Positions 7,642-16,854 of a stretch of 64,000 nucleotides of DNA are shown in pieces. A program made the translations under genes and the position numbers. The DNA is from a virus (lineage: Duplodnaviria > Caudoviricetes). A model generated the notes under the pieces. It saw only the letters and a list, made by a program, of their open reading frames with translations. It ran no database searches and had not been told where the DNA came from. The DNA lies in the IMG/VR virus record IMGVR_UViG_3300020577_002776, positions 4,697 through 68,696 of that record; one strand, 5' to 3'. Within the stretch, counting starts at the first letter, position 1. Every line of letters begins with the position of its first letter.

Positions 7642-8232
7642 TCACCGCGCTTCCCGGCTGGTCCAGCGCTTGGCAACCAGCAAGGCTAATCCTGACTCCA
7701 GATAGCCGGGGAAAGATTGGTCAAAGATGCTGGCCACGTTCGTGGCGCAGTTGGCCACCAGCTTGCCACTCAGCGGGATCCTGGCCTTCCTAGCCACGGA
7801 GCGTGCGGAGCCAACCACGAGGCTTGCTAGCATTACGTAGATGGATTGCCGCTCCGTCACGGTAAGCTGATCAAGCCGGCTGGTCTTCATGAAAGTAGCC
7901 ACGGAGGACCAACTCGCAGGAACGGCCAAGGATCGTTTTATTTGAGCCGGGCCTACCAGCCCCCCATCCTCGCCCCCGTTCGCGGCTACTATCGCGTCGT
8001 AAACGGCTCCTGCCCACATGTCGACGTCGCGGGTCTCGCCGCTTGGCAAGGTTTGAGCATTCAGAGCCAGCCTAGCAAGGAATTCTTTACGTAGCTCCGG
8101 AGCCAACTTAGCAGCTTGGTCAAGGAGTTGATCTACCGGACTTCCTACTGGCTTACGGACTTCGGTGCTTGGTGTTTCTTTTACGTAGCTTTTTATGCTC
8201 CGTGATGGGCGGACAAGATTTACTCGTTTCAT
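7642..8232 (-). CDS. Hypothetical protein, 196 aa
   Basis: ORF with GGAGGTGAGG Shine-Dalgarno; no motif recognised. Confidence 0.7.
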   Translation of the reverse strand: MKRVNLVRPSRSIKSYVKETPSTEVRKPVGSPVDQLLDQAAKLAPELRKEFLARLALNAQTLPSGETRDVDMWAGAVYDAIVAANGGEDGGLVGPAQIKRSLAVPASWSSVATFMKTSRLDQLTVTERQSIYVMLASLVVGSARSVARKARIPLSGKLVANCATNVASIFDQSFPGYLESGLALLVAKRWTSREAR

Positions 8233-8258
8233 ACCTCACCTCCGTTCGGGGTCGGAAG

Positions 8259-8304
8259 CAGGGGGGTAAGTATAAATATATTTATATATATTTTTACCCC
8301 CCTG
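8259..8304. other. AT-rich palindrome (candidate origin or unwinding element)
   Basis: 11-bp inverted repeat CAGGGGGGTAA/TTACCCCCCTG enclosing 26 consecutive A/T (8271-8296), including the perfect palindrome TATAAATATATTTATA. Confidence 0.5.
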
Positions 8305-8350
8305 ACCTTTCCCCCATGCAATTTACTAACTAAATTGAGAATTACGGTAA

Positions 8351-8692
8351 TCATTTTTCGCCCCTACGTGGCTTGTCCGTAGTTAAGTTGTGCCAGCGCA
8401 CGTTGAAGCAATCACCGTCGTGGTAGTAGACCTTGCGTGCGAATTTACCGGTCATCCAAAACCAAACTAGTTTACCCGCTTCGACAGCGTGATAAGCCAC
8501 TTTGACCTTGTAGTAAGGCTCCCTGCCAAACTTGCGGTAAGCCAGCCCACCAGCAATCGAGTGGGCCAAGGCACTGCCTATGTCGTAGACCCAAACCAGC
8601 TCACCAGATGCTGGATTGTAATCCAGCACTTGCCGCACGTATTCAAACAGGAGCGGGTCGTCACTGGTGAGCTTGATTTGGTCGACGAGCAT
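8351..8692 (-). CDS. Degenerate HNH endonuclease-like protein
   Basis: LDYNPASGELVW start and YHDGDCFNVRWHNL resembling the H..GD..N...NL motif. Confidence 0.6.
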   Translation of the reverse strand: MLVDQIKLTSDDPLLFEYVRQVLDYNPASGELVWVYDIGSALAHSIAGGLAYRKFGREPYYKVKVAYHAVEAGKLVWFWMTGKFARKVYYHDGDCFNVRWHNLTTDKPRRGEK

Positions 8693-8697
8693 GGTGC

Positions 8698-9081
8698 TTA
8701 CGTAGCCTTCTTAGCGGGTGCTTTTGCCTTGGCCACAGGATCCTTGGCCACGGCCTTACGTGCTGTCTTTGCTGGGGCCTTCGTGGTCTTTGCAGCGGGT
8801 TTGGCTTCCGCCACGACTTTGGGGCCGGGCTTGACAGGCTCGGCCGTGCTAGCCGTGATGCCGGCCAACGTAGTAGCATCCACGGCCACGGCTACTTTGT
8901 GCTTTTTGGCCCAAGCCAACACCTTGCCACTGTCAAAAAAGATGCTGCGAGGAGAAGCACCCTTGGGGGGCTTGGCCACGGGCAGGGCGGCGCGCGTGGC
9001 ACTGCCTTTGCGCCAGTTCGACACGGCTACGTGGCTCACGCCAAAGATTTGGCAGACTTGGGGGGTGGTGATAGTGGTCAT
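8698..9081 (-). CDS. HTH DNA-binding protein with Ala/Lys-rich tail
   Basis: ITTPQVCQIFGVSHVAVSNWRK (Xis/MerR-like HTH) plus histone-H1-like AK repeats. Confidence 0.7.
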   Translation of the reverse strand: MTTITTPQVCQIFGVSHVAVSNWRKGSATRAALPVAKPPKGASPRSIFFDSGKVLAWAKKHKVAVAVDATTLAGITASTAEPVKPGPKVVAEAKPAAKTTKAPAKTARKAVAKDPVAKAKAPAKKAT

Positions 9082-9130
9082 AATGATTTCCTTTCGGTGG
9101 GTTGAAAGCCTACATTATAGGGACTTCTTA

Positions 9131-9155
9131 GTAAAGATTGACCCCTCCGTATAAT
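9131..9155 (+). promoter_or_regulatory. Phage-type promoter motif upstream of queE, overlapping operator copy 2 (9126-9138)
   Basis: GTAAA-14 nt ending in G-TATAAT. Confidence 0.65.
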
Positions 9156-9198
9156 TGCTTGGTATATCCCCACCACCCTACCTCAAAAAGGAACCGCA

Positions 9199-9936
9199 AT
9201 GTTTGGCAAAAATCCTATCCGCTCGATCAACACTGACCCCAAGAATCTGGCAGTTGAGGGCCACTTCTACACCATCCAAGGTGAGGGCCCATACAGTGGT
9301 CTGCCTGCTCTTTTCATTCGCCTTGCCGGCTGCAATCTGGCTTGCCATTTCTGCGACACTCAGTTTGAAGAGCAAGCCGAAAAGCCCCAATCCGTGAAGG
9401 ACCTGATTACTGACCTTGGCCGGATGTATCCCACGGCCCAGCGCAGCTTTGTGGTGATCACAGGTGGTGAGCCCCTGCGGCAGAATTTTGTGACGCTGGT
9501 TGACTGGCTCCTGGCCTCCGGGACTTCCTTGATCCAGATCGAAACTGCGGGCACGCTTTGGCAACCTGATCTTGAGCCAGCTATCCAAGCAGGGGAGATT
9601 GTGCTGGTGGTCAGCCCCAAGACGCCGAAGATCCATCCGAAGATTGCCCAATACTGTCACCACTGGAAATACATCGTGACGGCCGGGGAGATCAGCTTGG
9701 AGGATGGCCTACCCAATCGAGGGACTCAGGTCAACACCAAGGATCAAGAAATGATCTTAGCCCGACCTCCGCAGCGTTCTCCTTTGAGCCAGCAGACCGA
9801 TACCATCTACGTATCCCCCTGTGACTCCTATGACCCCGTCCAAAACAAACACAATCTTGTGGCAGTCAAGGCTTCAGCCCTGATCTATGGCCACCGCGTT
9901 AGCTTGCAAATCCACAAACTGCTGGGCGTGGAATGA
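9199..9936 (+). CDS. queE: 7-carboxy-7-deazaguanine synthase (radical SAM)
   Basis: FYTIQGEG...ALFIRLAGCNLACHFCDT, VVITGGEP, IETAG, VVSPK, SLQIHK. Confidence 0.95.
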   Translation: MFGKNPIRSINTDPKNLAVEGHFYTIQGEGPYSGLPALFIRLAGCNLACHFCDTQFEEQAEKPQSVKDLITDLGRMYPTAQRSFVVITGGEPLRQNFVTLVDWLLASGTSLIQIETAGTLWQPDLEPAIQAGEIVLVVSPKTPKIHPKIAQYCHHWKYIVTAGEISLEDGLPNRGTQVNTKDQEMILARPPQRSPLSQQTDTIYVSPCDSYDPVQNKHNLVAVKASALIYGHRVSLQIHKLLGVE

Positions 9937-10631
9937 GTTCAGAGCCCAAAAATGGGTGCTTATACGTAATAGATTTCCCCAACGGAAAAGCCTATTACGG
10001 AATCACTAGCAGGCCATTCAAGCAGCGACTTCAGGAGCACCTTGCGTTAGCGCGCAAAGGAGCGCCATATGCCATTTCTAAGGCTTTAGCAACTTATGAC
10101 GACTGGTTCATCGCTCAGGTCTTGGTAATCGCTCCTATGAGCTACCTGGAGGAACTGGAAGTCAAAATCATTGAGCAGTTCCGATCTCAAATCCCACATG
10201 GATATAACCAGGCCCCAGGAGGTAAGCTGGCCCCATCTACGACCTTTGAAGCAAGGTTAGCTCTTAGCAATCACAAACTAGGCACGAGACTTTCAGAGGA
10301 AACCAAAGCCAAACTGAAGGCTGCGTGGGTGACTAGACCTAGGGACTATAAATGGTCAGAGGCCGAAAGGATTAGGCGCATGGAAAAGCAACACCCAAGA
10401 GCAATGCTTGGGAGAAAGCACACCCCTGAAGCCCTCCAAAAAATAGCTGAAGCGAGCCAGCGCCGTGCCCACAGACCGGAGGTAGCTGGTGATTTAAGTC
10501 CTATGAGGCGACCAGAAATAGCTGCCAAGGTGGCAGCAGCCAACAGAGGAAAACGCAGGTCCCCGGGGGCTATCCAGCGTATGAAGGATGCTTGGGTGCG
10601 GCGAAAACAGAAGCAAGGTGTCTATGCATAA
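9933..10631 (+). CDS. GIY-YIG/NUMOD3 free-standing homing endonuclease
   Basis: CLYVI...KAYYGIT...R.QEH, GYN...GG, NUMOD3 repeats (LSEETKAKL, HTPEALQKI). Confidence 0.85.
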   Translation: MSSEPKNGCLYVIDFPNGKAYYGITSRPFKQRLQEHLALARKGAPYAISKALATYDDWFIAQVLVIAPMSYLEELEVKIIEQFRSQIPHGYNQAPGGKLAPSTTFEARLALSNHKLGTRLSEETKAKLKAAWVTRPRDYKWSEAERIRRMEKQHPRAMLGRKHTPEALQKIAEASQRRAHRPEVAGDLSPMRRPEIAAKVAAANRGKRRSPGAIQRMKDAWVRRKQKQGVYA

Positions 10632-11469
10632 TCGAACTCTTTTGGCAGTGGATCTTTCGTACCAAGTCTACCGGGCCACCGCGGCCCACCCAATGCTAAC
10701 CAGCCGCAGGACCTTCACTGGGGGTCTGTTCGGCTTTATGGCCACTTTTGCCAAGATGGTGAGGGAGACCCGTGCCACGGACGTAGTCTTTTGCCAGGAT
10801 CGGAAACCCTACCTCCGGAGCCTGATCTACCCGGAGTACAAGCAGATCAGGAAGAAGAATAAGGACGACGAGCTGCTCAAGATGTTCAATCAATCCATGG
10901 TCCTCGTGCTGGAAATCCTCGGGGTTGCTGGCTTTGAGCCATGGGGGGTGCCGGGCTTCGAGAGTGACGACCTGATTGCCCACTGCGCCCATAAGTACCG
11001 CGGCCGCTTTGACCATATCTACGCGGGCAGCAATGACTCAGACCTGTTCCAGCTCTTGGTCTACCCGAACGTATCCATCTACTCCAAGAGCATCACGGAT
11101 TGCACTACGCGGGCCAGCCTGCTTGAGAAGAGTGGATTGACCCCGCACCAGTTCATGGTCCTGACTGCTTTAACGGGCACGCACAACGACATTGCCGGGA
11201 TTGCCGGGGTAGGGCCCATCACCGCGAAAAAAGCCGTAATGGATCCGGCTTTGATGCGCATCCAGCGGGACAAGCACGCAGAGCTGATTGACCGCAATCT
11301 GAAGCTGATCAAACTCCCACATGATGACTTCCCGTGGTCTGAGCCTTTGCCAATCTACCAAGGTATATATAACGCACGAGACTTGTACCGGAGTCTCGGG
11401 TTCTATGACATAGATGTCACCAATTCTATGGCCAACGCTTTCGAGCAAATCACAAGAGGAGAATCATGA
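10624..11469 (+). CDS. 5'-3' exonuclease/flap endonuclease (Pol I N-domain-like)
   Basis: LAVD, YKQ.R, GFESDDLI, SNDSDLFQL, H3TH ALTG..NDIAGIAGVGPITA. Confidence 0.92.
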   Translation: MHNRTLLAVDLSYQVYRATAAHPMLTSRRTFTGGLFGFMATFAKMVRETRATDVVFCQDRKPYLRSLIYPEYKQIRKKNKDDELLKMFNQSMVLVLEILGVAGFEPWGVPGFESDDLIAHCAHKYRGRFDHIYAGSNDSDLFQLLVYPNVSIYSKSITDCTTRASLLEKSGLTPHQFMVLTALTGTHNDIAGIAGVGPITAKKAVMDPALMRIQRDKHAELIDRNLKLIKLPHDDFPWSEPLPIYQGIYNARDLYRSLGFYDIDVTNSMANAFEQITRGES

Positions 11470-11759
11470 GCCACTGCATTATCACGCACCCTACCTTGGG
11501 GGTTTTTATTGGGACTGGCTTCGGTCTGGGTTTCTGGTCAAAACTGGAGCCCATGGGTCAAGATGCCGCCTGCGTGTTCAAATCTCAGGAAGAAGCCCAG
11601 ACGTTTGCCGACTCTTGGGGTTCCCCGATTTCCGGGCTGACTTTTCTGCCCGTCGTGCCAGATAGGCCAGGTGGGTTTGCTTCTATCGCCGCGTGCGTGG
11701 CTGCTGGCGCGGAAGGCTGGCTGTTTGACGAGATTGATACCGTAGGGGGCGTCCAGTGA
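11466..11759 (+). CDS. Hypothetical protein
   Basis: Translationally coupled on both sides; GAGGAG Shine-Dalgarno. Confidence 0.7.
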   Translation: MSHCIITHPTLGVFIGTGFGLGFWSKLEPMGQDAACVFKSQEEAQTFADSWGSPISGLTFLPVVPDRPGGFASIAACVAAGAEGWLFDEIDTVGGVQ

Positions 11760-13210
11760 AAAACGACGAACGCTTATCCGGAGCACTCCAAGAAAATATT
11801 CTCACCCTCCTCGTATTTGATGACGTCAACGCCAAGATAGCCCGCGCGGCCCTCACCCCCCAGCTCTTTGAATCCTCGGTCTTCCGTGAGGTGGCCGGGC
11901 ACGCAATCGACTTCATTGACCAGTTTGGCGAGACCATCAAGGATCATCTTCCTGATCACCTGGAATCCATCCTGAATGGTGATGACGCACGGAAGGCCAG
12001 CACGTATAAAAAGCTGGTAGATAACCTATTCATGGCGCGGGCCTCCGTGAATGGGGACTACGTCATCAGCCAACTCCACAAGTTCGTTCGTCAGCAGAAG
12101 CTGAAGGATGCCGTTATAAAGGCCGTGGAGGCCATAGAGGATGGTCGTATAGACCAAGCCGAGTCCGAGCTGCTCCTGGGCCTTAATAGCCAATCCGTTG
12201 CCTTCAGTGGGGGCCTCAATCTCTCCAGCGCCGAAGACGTCATGGCCGTGCTGGACCAGCCAGAGTCCGAAGGCTTTTACCTTGGCATCAAGGAGCTGGA
12301 TGACCAAGGTATCATCCCCCGGCGCAAAGAAGCCTACGCCTTGCTGGCCCCCCGCGGTAAGGGCAAGTCTTGGTTCCTGACCCACTGCGCGAAGCAGGCC
12401 CTGCTTCAACGATGGTCGGTGGTCATCGTCACGCTTGAAATGTCAGAGCAAAGCTACGCGGCCCGCATGTTGCAATCCTTCTTCTCAATCTCACGCCGTG
12501 AGGCTTCAGTGCGGGTCACCCGGCTGGTCACTGGCAGTGATGGGAAGCTGCAAGACCTGATCCAAGAAAAGATAGAGCGCATGACCATGCGTGACTCCGA
12601 TATTCGCGGGGTCATTGGCAAGCGAGCAAAGCGGGAGTTCGCACGCCGCCCACCATTTCGCATCAAGCAGTTCCCTACAGGCACTCTGGATATTGCTGGC
12701 CTTGAAGCCTACCTGGATGGCCTTGAGCGCTTTGAGAAATTCACTCCCGACGTGATCATGGTTGACTACCCCAAGCTGATGAAAATCAATGCTACGAATC
12801 TGCGCGTAGAGTTGGGGGCGGTCGTTGAGCATTTGCGTGGTATCGCCGTCAAGCGCAACGCAGCCATGGTGATCGTGGCGCAAGGTAATCGGGAGTCAGA
12901 ATCCGCCTCCTTGGTCACCGGCGCCCAGATCAGTGAAGACATTAGCATGCTGGCCACGGTTGATAATCTGATCACCTACAGCCAGACCCCGGCGGAGTAT
13001 CAACTGGGGCTAGCCAGGCTCTTTGTAGAGAAGGCCCGTAACGAGGAGGCCAAGTCCCAGACCTTGATTACCCAAGCCTATGGCATTGGTCAGTTCTGTC
13101 TGGACTCGGTACCCATTCGCAGTGATTACTGGGAGTTCATGGGTGAGCGTGAGGACCGCACCCAAGCCCGTGATAAACGCCGCCGTGATCGCAATGACGA
13201 GAGGGATTGA
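11756..13210 (+). CDS. Replicative DnaB-like (SF4) helicase
   Basis: Walker A APRGKGKS, VTLEMSE, IMVDY, VAQGNR, EKARN. Confidence 0.88.
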   Translation: MKNDERLSGALQENILTLLVFDDVNAKIARAALTPQLFESSVFREVAGHAIDFIDQFGETIKDHLPDHLESILNGDDARKASTYKKLVDNLFMARASVNGDYVISQLHKFVRQQKLKDAVIKAVEAIEDGRIDQAESELLLGLNSQSVAFSGGLNLSSAEDVMAVLDQPESEGFYLGIKELDDQGIIPRRKEAYALLAPRGKGKSWFLTHCAKQALLQRWSVVIVTLEMSEQSYAARMLQSFFSISRREASVRVTRLVTGSDGKLQDLIQEKIERMTMRDSDIRGVIGKRAKREFARRPPFRIKQFPTGTLDIAGLEAYLDGLERFEKFTPDVIMVDYPKLMKINATNLRVELGAVVEHLRGIAVKRNAAMVIVAQGNRESESASLVTGAQISEDISMLATVDNLITYSQTPAEYQLGLARLFVEKARNEEAKSQTLITQAYGIGQFCLDSVPIRSDYWEFMGEREDRTQARDKRRRDRNDERD

Positions 13211-14775
13211 CCATGATCCTGTCACGCAGAGCCATTGCCGACTTCATGGACCGGGAGCTTGATGACTACCGGTGGATGAAAAAGCTGACCCGCGAAGCCA
13301 TCATGCGGGAGCTAAACCAACTCAAGGTCAAGCCCAAGTTCAAGACCGAGCCCTGGCTGCACCAACTGGTGTGCTTCTATATTGGCCTGTGCCGCCCTGA
13401 GTTCCTATTCCTCCTCGACATGGGGCTGGGCAAGTCCAAGATACTGGCCGACCTGATCACCCAGATTCAACGGGAGCGCAAACTAGAAGGGGCGTTGATC
13501 ACGGTCCCCCGCGTGATCAACATTGATTCGTGGAAGGATGACCTATCCCGGCACTCTGATCTTGAGCCATGGGGCTGCGATATATCGGACACCGAGGAGA
13601 AGTGGGAGCGGCTGGCCTACCCCAAAGGGGACGTGACCATCATTGACTACGCCGGGCTCCACCTTGCTGCTTGCAAAAAGGAAAAGGTCACCGGTAAGAA
13701 ATCACGCCTCGTCCGCGATGATAAAAAGATCCGTCACTTGCAGAAGACCTACAACTTCATCGGTATTGACGAAAGCCACAAGTTGAGCAACAAGGATAAC
13801 CTGTGGTATGGGATCATGAACCAGCTTTGCAAGACTGCAGAGTTTCGCTACGCCACCACCGGCACCCTGTTTGGTAAGGATCCGGAGGCCCTGTGGGCTC
13901 AGTTCTATCTGATAGACAGGGGGGAGACCTTTGGGGAGAATCTGGGGCTATTCCGTGGCGGCTTCTTCACCACCAAAATGAATCCCTGGAAGGGCACAGT
14001 CTATACCTTCGACCAGAAGCTGGATCGGAATCTGCATACCATGCTCCAGCACCGGAGCATCCGCTATGACGAGGACGAAGTGCTTGACCTTCCTAGCCGG
14101 ATCAACTTGACCCACTCCTTTGATATGGGTGAGGAGCAGCGTGAGCATTACCTGCGGGCTGCTGAAGGCTTGATTAACGCTGACGGCCAGTTGTCAGAGC
14201 TGGACGCCAACTGGCTGCGGATGCGCCAGATTGTCAGCGGCTACCTTGCTTGGGAGGATGGCCTAGGTAAGCACGTATTGCCCTTCAAGCACAATCCCAA
14301 ACTCGATGGCCTGGAGCGGCTGATTGATGAAATGGGGGATAGCAAGATCATCGTGTGCTATGACTACACGGAGACGGGCAAGCTGATCACTGAGCGCGTC
14401 AAAAGCATGGGCATTGACTTTGAGTGGTATTACGGAGGCACCAAGGATAAGAGCGGGAGCCGACGCCGCTTCCTTGATGATCCCAAGTGCCGCATCTTCG
14501 TAATGAATAGCGAGGCCGGGGGGACCGGTAATGATGGCCTCCAGAAGGTGGCACGCTATATGGTCTTCTATGAGACCCCAACGCCGCCCACTACCCGCAA
14601 GCAAACCATCAAGCGGATTCACCGGCCCGGCCAGACTCAACGCAGTTTCATATATGACCTCGTGATGCGGAAGACCATTGACAAAGGTATTCTGGCTGGC
14701 ATTGCGGAGAACATCGACGTCTATGACAAAGTGGTCAACGGAAAAGCGAAGCGGGACCTGCTCTTGGGGCTCTAA
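13207..14775 (+). CDS. SNF2-like SF2 helicase
   Basis: DMGLGKS, IDESH, TGT, GGTGNDGLQ, Q..KRIHRPGQ. Confidence 0.9.
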   Translation: MTMILSRRAIADFMDRELDDYRWMKKLTREAIMRELNQLKVKPKFKTEPWLHQLVCFYIGLCRPEFLFLLDMGLGKSKILADLITQIQRERKLEGALITVPRVINIDSWKDDLSRHSDLEPWGCDISDTEEKWERLAYPKGDVTIIDYAGLHLAACKKEKVTGKKSRLVRDDKKIRHLQKTYNFIGIDESHKLSNKDNLWYGIMNQLCKTAEFRYATTGTLFGKDPEALWAQFYLIDRGETFGENLGLFRGGFFTTKMNPWKGTVYTFDQKLDRNLHTMLQHRSIRYDEDEVLDLPSRINLTHSFDMGEEQREHYLRAAEGLINADGQLSELDANWLRMRQIVSGYLAWEDGLGKHVLPFKHNPKLDGLERLIDEMGDSKIIVCYDYTETGKLITERVKSMGIDFEWYYGGTKDKSGSRRRFLDDPKCRIFVMNSEAGGTGNDGLQKVARYMVFYETPTPPTTRKQTIKRIHRPGQTQRSFIYDLVMRKTIDKGILAGIAENIDVYDKVVNGKAKRDLLLGL

Positions 14776-14776
14776 A

Positions 14777-14789
14777 TCTTTGTAAAGAT
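14777..14789 (+). promoter_or_regulatory. Operator-like motif copy 3, upstream of primase
   Basis: TCTTTGTAAAGAT in the intergenic gap. Confidence 0.5.
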
Positions 14790-14825
14790 GTGATAAGATA
14801 AAGACTCATTTTAAGAGGAGAGTCC

Positions 14826-15833
14826 ATGAAACCATTTGATTGGGAGCGGCTGCTGAAAGAGCAGCATGTGCCTTATGTCGAGAGTGGCCCCAACGTCAAG
14901 CGGGGGGAATACGCAATCCAGTGTCCGTTCTGCGGGTCAGCCGATCCCAGCAAGCACATGGGGATCAGCCCCGAAACTGGCTGGTGGTCATGCTGGCGGA
15001 ACCGAGCCCAGCACTCCGGGAAGTCCCCACTCCGTCTGATCATGAAACTCCTTGGCGTGCCATACGCCAAGGCTCGGGAGATCGCCGGTCTGGACGCCTC
15101 CTATATTGATCCGGAGGGCTTTGACGCGGTGGCTGCTCGCGTGATGGGCAGGGACAAGACGGTGGTCAATCCTACGGCTGATCGTCGATTCCTGGCCTTC
15201 GACCCCGGCTTCGTTGAGATTGAGCCCCGCGGGCGAACCCGGCGCGTATTTGAATACCTGTTCCACACTCGTGGCTTTGATCTTGATGCCGACGTAGACA
15301 AGCTATGCCTTGACTACCAACTGAAGGCTGGCACTGGGCGCTGGGCTGATCGCATCATTCTGCCGTACTTCATGGATGGCAAGCTGGTCACCTGGACTGG
15401 CCGGGCTATCGCAGAATCCACAGTGCGCTACCGTGACCTGAGCATTGATGAATCCCTGCTGGCCCCGAAAGAGACTCTGTACAACCACGACGCAATGCTG
15501 ACGCCAGGCAAAGCCCTCGTGGTGGTGGAAGGCCCATTTGATGTGCTCAAACTGGACTTCTATGGCAAGCAATTCGGTGTGCGGGCCGTGGGGCTATCTA
15601 CCAACTCCATCAAGGAGGTGCAGGCCTTCCTTCTGCAATCAGCGGCCGGCAACTTCCCTCGGGTGATAATCATGCTGGATACTAAATCCCGGCTCGGCAT
15701 TGTTGACTCCATGCGCATGAAGCAGGATTTGTATTTCATCGACAACCTCACGATTGAGCCAGTGCCCTTTGGCGCCGGCGACGCTGGGGAACTCCACCCG
15801 GAGCAGGTCATTGCTTGGGCTGAATCACTCTAG
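14826..15833 (+). CDS. DNA primase (zinc finger plus TOPRIM)
   Basis: CPFC...CWRN..H zinc domain, IILP...GR, LYN, VVEGPFD, MLD. Confidence 0.88.
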   Translation: MKPFDWERLLKEQHVPYVESGPNVKRGEYAIQCPFCGSADPSKHMGISPETGWWSCWRNRAQHSGKSPLRLIMKLLGVPYAKAREIAGLDASYIDPEGFDAVAARVMGRDKTVVNPTADRRFLAFDPGFVEIEPRGRTRRVFEYLFHTRGFDLDADVDKLCLDYQLKAGTGRWADRIILPYFMDGKLVTWTGRAIAESTVRYRDLSIDESLLAPKETLYNHDAMLTPGKALVVVEGPFDVLKLDFYGKQFGVRAVGLSTNSIKEVQAFLLQSAAGNFPRVIIMLDTKSRLGIVDSMRMKQDLYFIDNLTIEPVPFGAGDAGELHPEQVIAWAESL

Positions 15834-15842
15834 GAAAACACC

Positions 15843-16223
15843 ATGGCTAATTTCTCTCACTACTTCAACAGCCGCTTCGCAGGATGCCGACTCCTGGCTG
15901 AAGCTTTCGACCAGCACCGTAATCGTGATGTGCGTATCTATCAGATACCCGGCCAGATGGATTGCGTCGGGGTCTGTGATCAGGTGGACCGTTGGATTGC
16001 CCCGGTCACTCCTGACATCTTTAGCGTCAACATTCACCAGCTGATCCGTGACTTGCATGATGGTAAGGATATTAAACTCCCGGTCCGTGCCGGCAAAGCC
16101 AGTGAGCCCAGCAAATCACCACGGAGACGCCTGATTCTGGAGACTGAGGCCAGCCCCCCACCCGAGGACCCAGAGCCTGTCCGGCGCCGTCCTACCACCA
16201 AACGTCGAACCCTGATCAACTAA
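15843..16223 (+). CDS. Hypothetical protein
   Basis: ORF with AGGA Shine-Dalgarno; basic Pro/Arg C-terminus. Confidence 0.7.
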   Translation: MANFSHYFNSRFAGCRLLAEAFDQHRNRDVRIYQIPGQMDCVGVCDQVDRWIAPVTPDIFSVNIHQLIRDLHDGKDIKLPVRAGKASEPSKSPRRRLILETEASPPPEDPEPVRRRPTTKRRTLIN

Positions 16224-16236
16224 GAGGAGCACCCGC

Positions 16237-16782
16237 ATGGCATACGTACCAACTTTTACCGGACCAATCGAAGGCTGGACCGTCAACTACAGCAAACTCA
16301 ACTTCTGGCGGGTCAACGGATCCATGGAATGGTCCGACGTGATGCAAGAGGCTTACTTGGTCTTCCTCCGCTGCGTGGGTAAATACCCAGACCTGGAGAC
16401 TCCGCAGCAATTCATGGCCCTGTACAAAATGGCTTGGTTCAATGCCTTCACGGACTTCGCCCATGCGGACACCCGGCTCCGTTTGATGGTCTCCGAAACC
16501 ACCTTGACCCAGGAAGGTGAGGAGATCAACTACGAACCAATCGGTGATCTCAACCATGACGGGAGTTTGGCTACCTTGATTCGTCAGGCCCCGAAGGAAG
16601 TCCTGATGGTCCTGAACCTTTTTTTAAGTGCCCCCACGGAGATACTGGACCTTGCCTTGACCGGCTGGAAGGTCCGCGACGCACGCCGCACTACCGGTGG
16701 GAGCAAAAGAATTTGTCAGATGTTGGGGCTCCCTCCGGACCTCAATGTGCTGCAAATGGTGGAGGATCACTTCCAATCCTGA
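16237..16782 (+). CDS. Phage sigma70/ECF-like factor
   Basis: Region-2-like SDVMQEAYLVFL...KY...FMALYKMAWFNAFTD; HTH-like ICQMLGLP at the C-terminus. Confidence 0.65.
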   Translation: MAYVPTFTGPIEGWTVNYSKLNFWRVNGSMEWSDVMQEAYLVFLRCVGKYPDLETPQQFMALYKMAWFNAFTDFAHADTRLRLMVSETTLTQEGEEINYEPIGDLNHDGSLATLIRQAPKEVLMVLNLFLSAPTEILDLALTGWKVRDARRTTGGSKRICQMLGLPPDLNVLQMVEDHFQS

Positions 16783-16807
16783 GTATCTGCGGCTAGCGCC
16801 GTATAAT
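16783..16807 (+). promoter_or_regulatory. Phage-type promoter motif
   Basis: GTATC-14 nt ending in G-TATAAT, directly followed by TTACGTAG (16807-16814). Confidence 0.6.
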
Positions 16808-16854
16808 TACGTAGCCGCTTTTGGCTATCCTTTAACTGTTACTGGAGTTATTAC

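Larger units (their letters stand above)
7603..8705. repeat. Cluster of six TTACGTAG octamers
   Basis: Copies at 7603, 7617 (reverse complement), 7833, 8087, 8181 and 8698. Confidence 0.65.

Noticed and set aside
15831-15845. Primase TAG is in frame with the next ORF (possible read-through fusion)
   Set aside because: There is a one-in-three chance of being in frame, and an AGGA Shine-Dalgarno precedes ATG 15843
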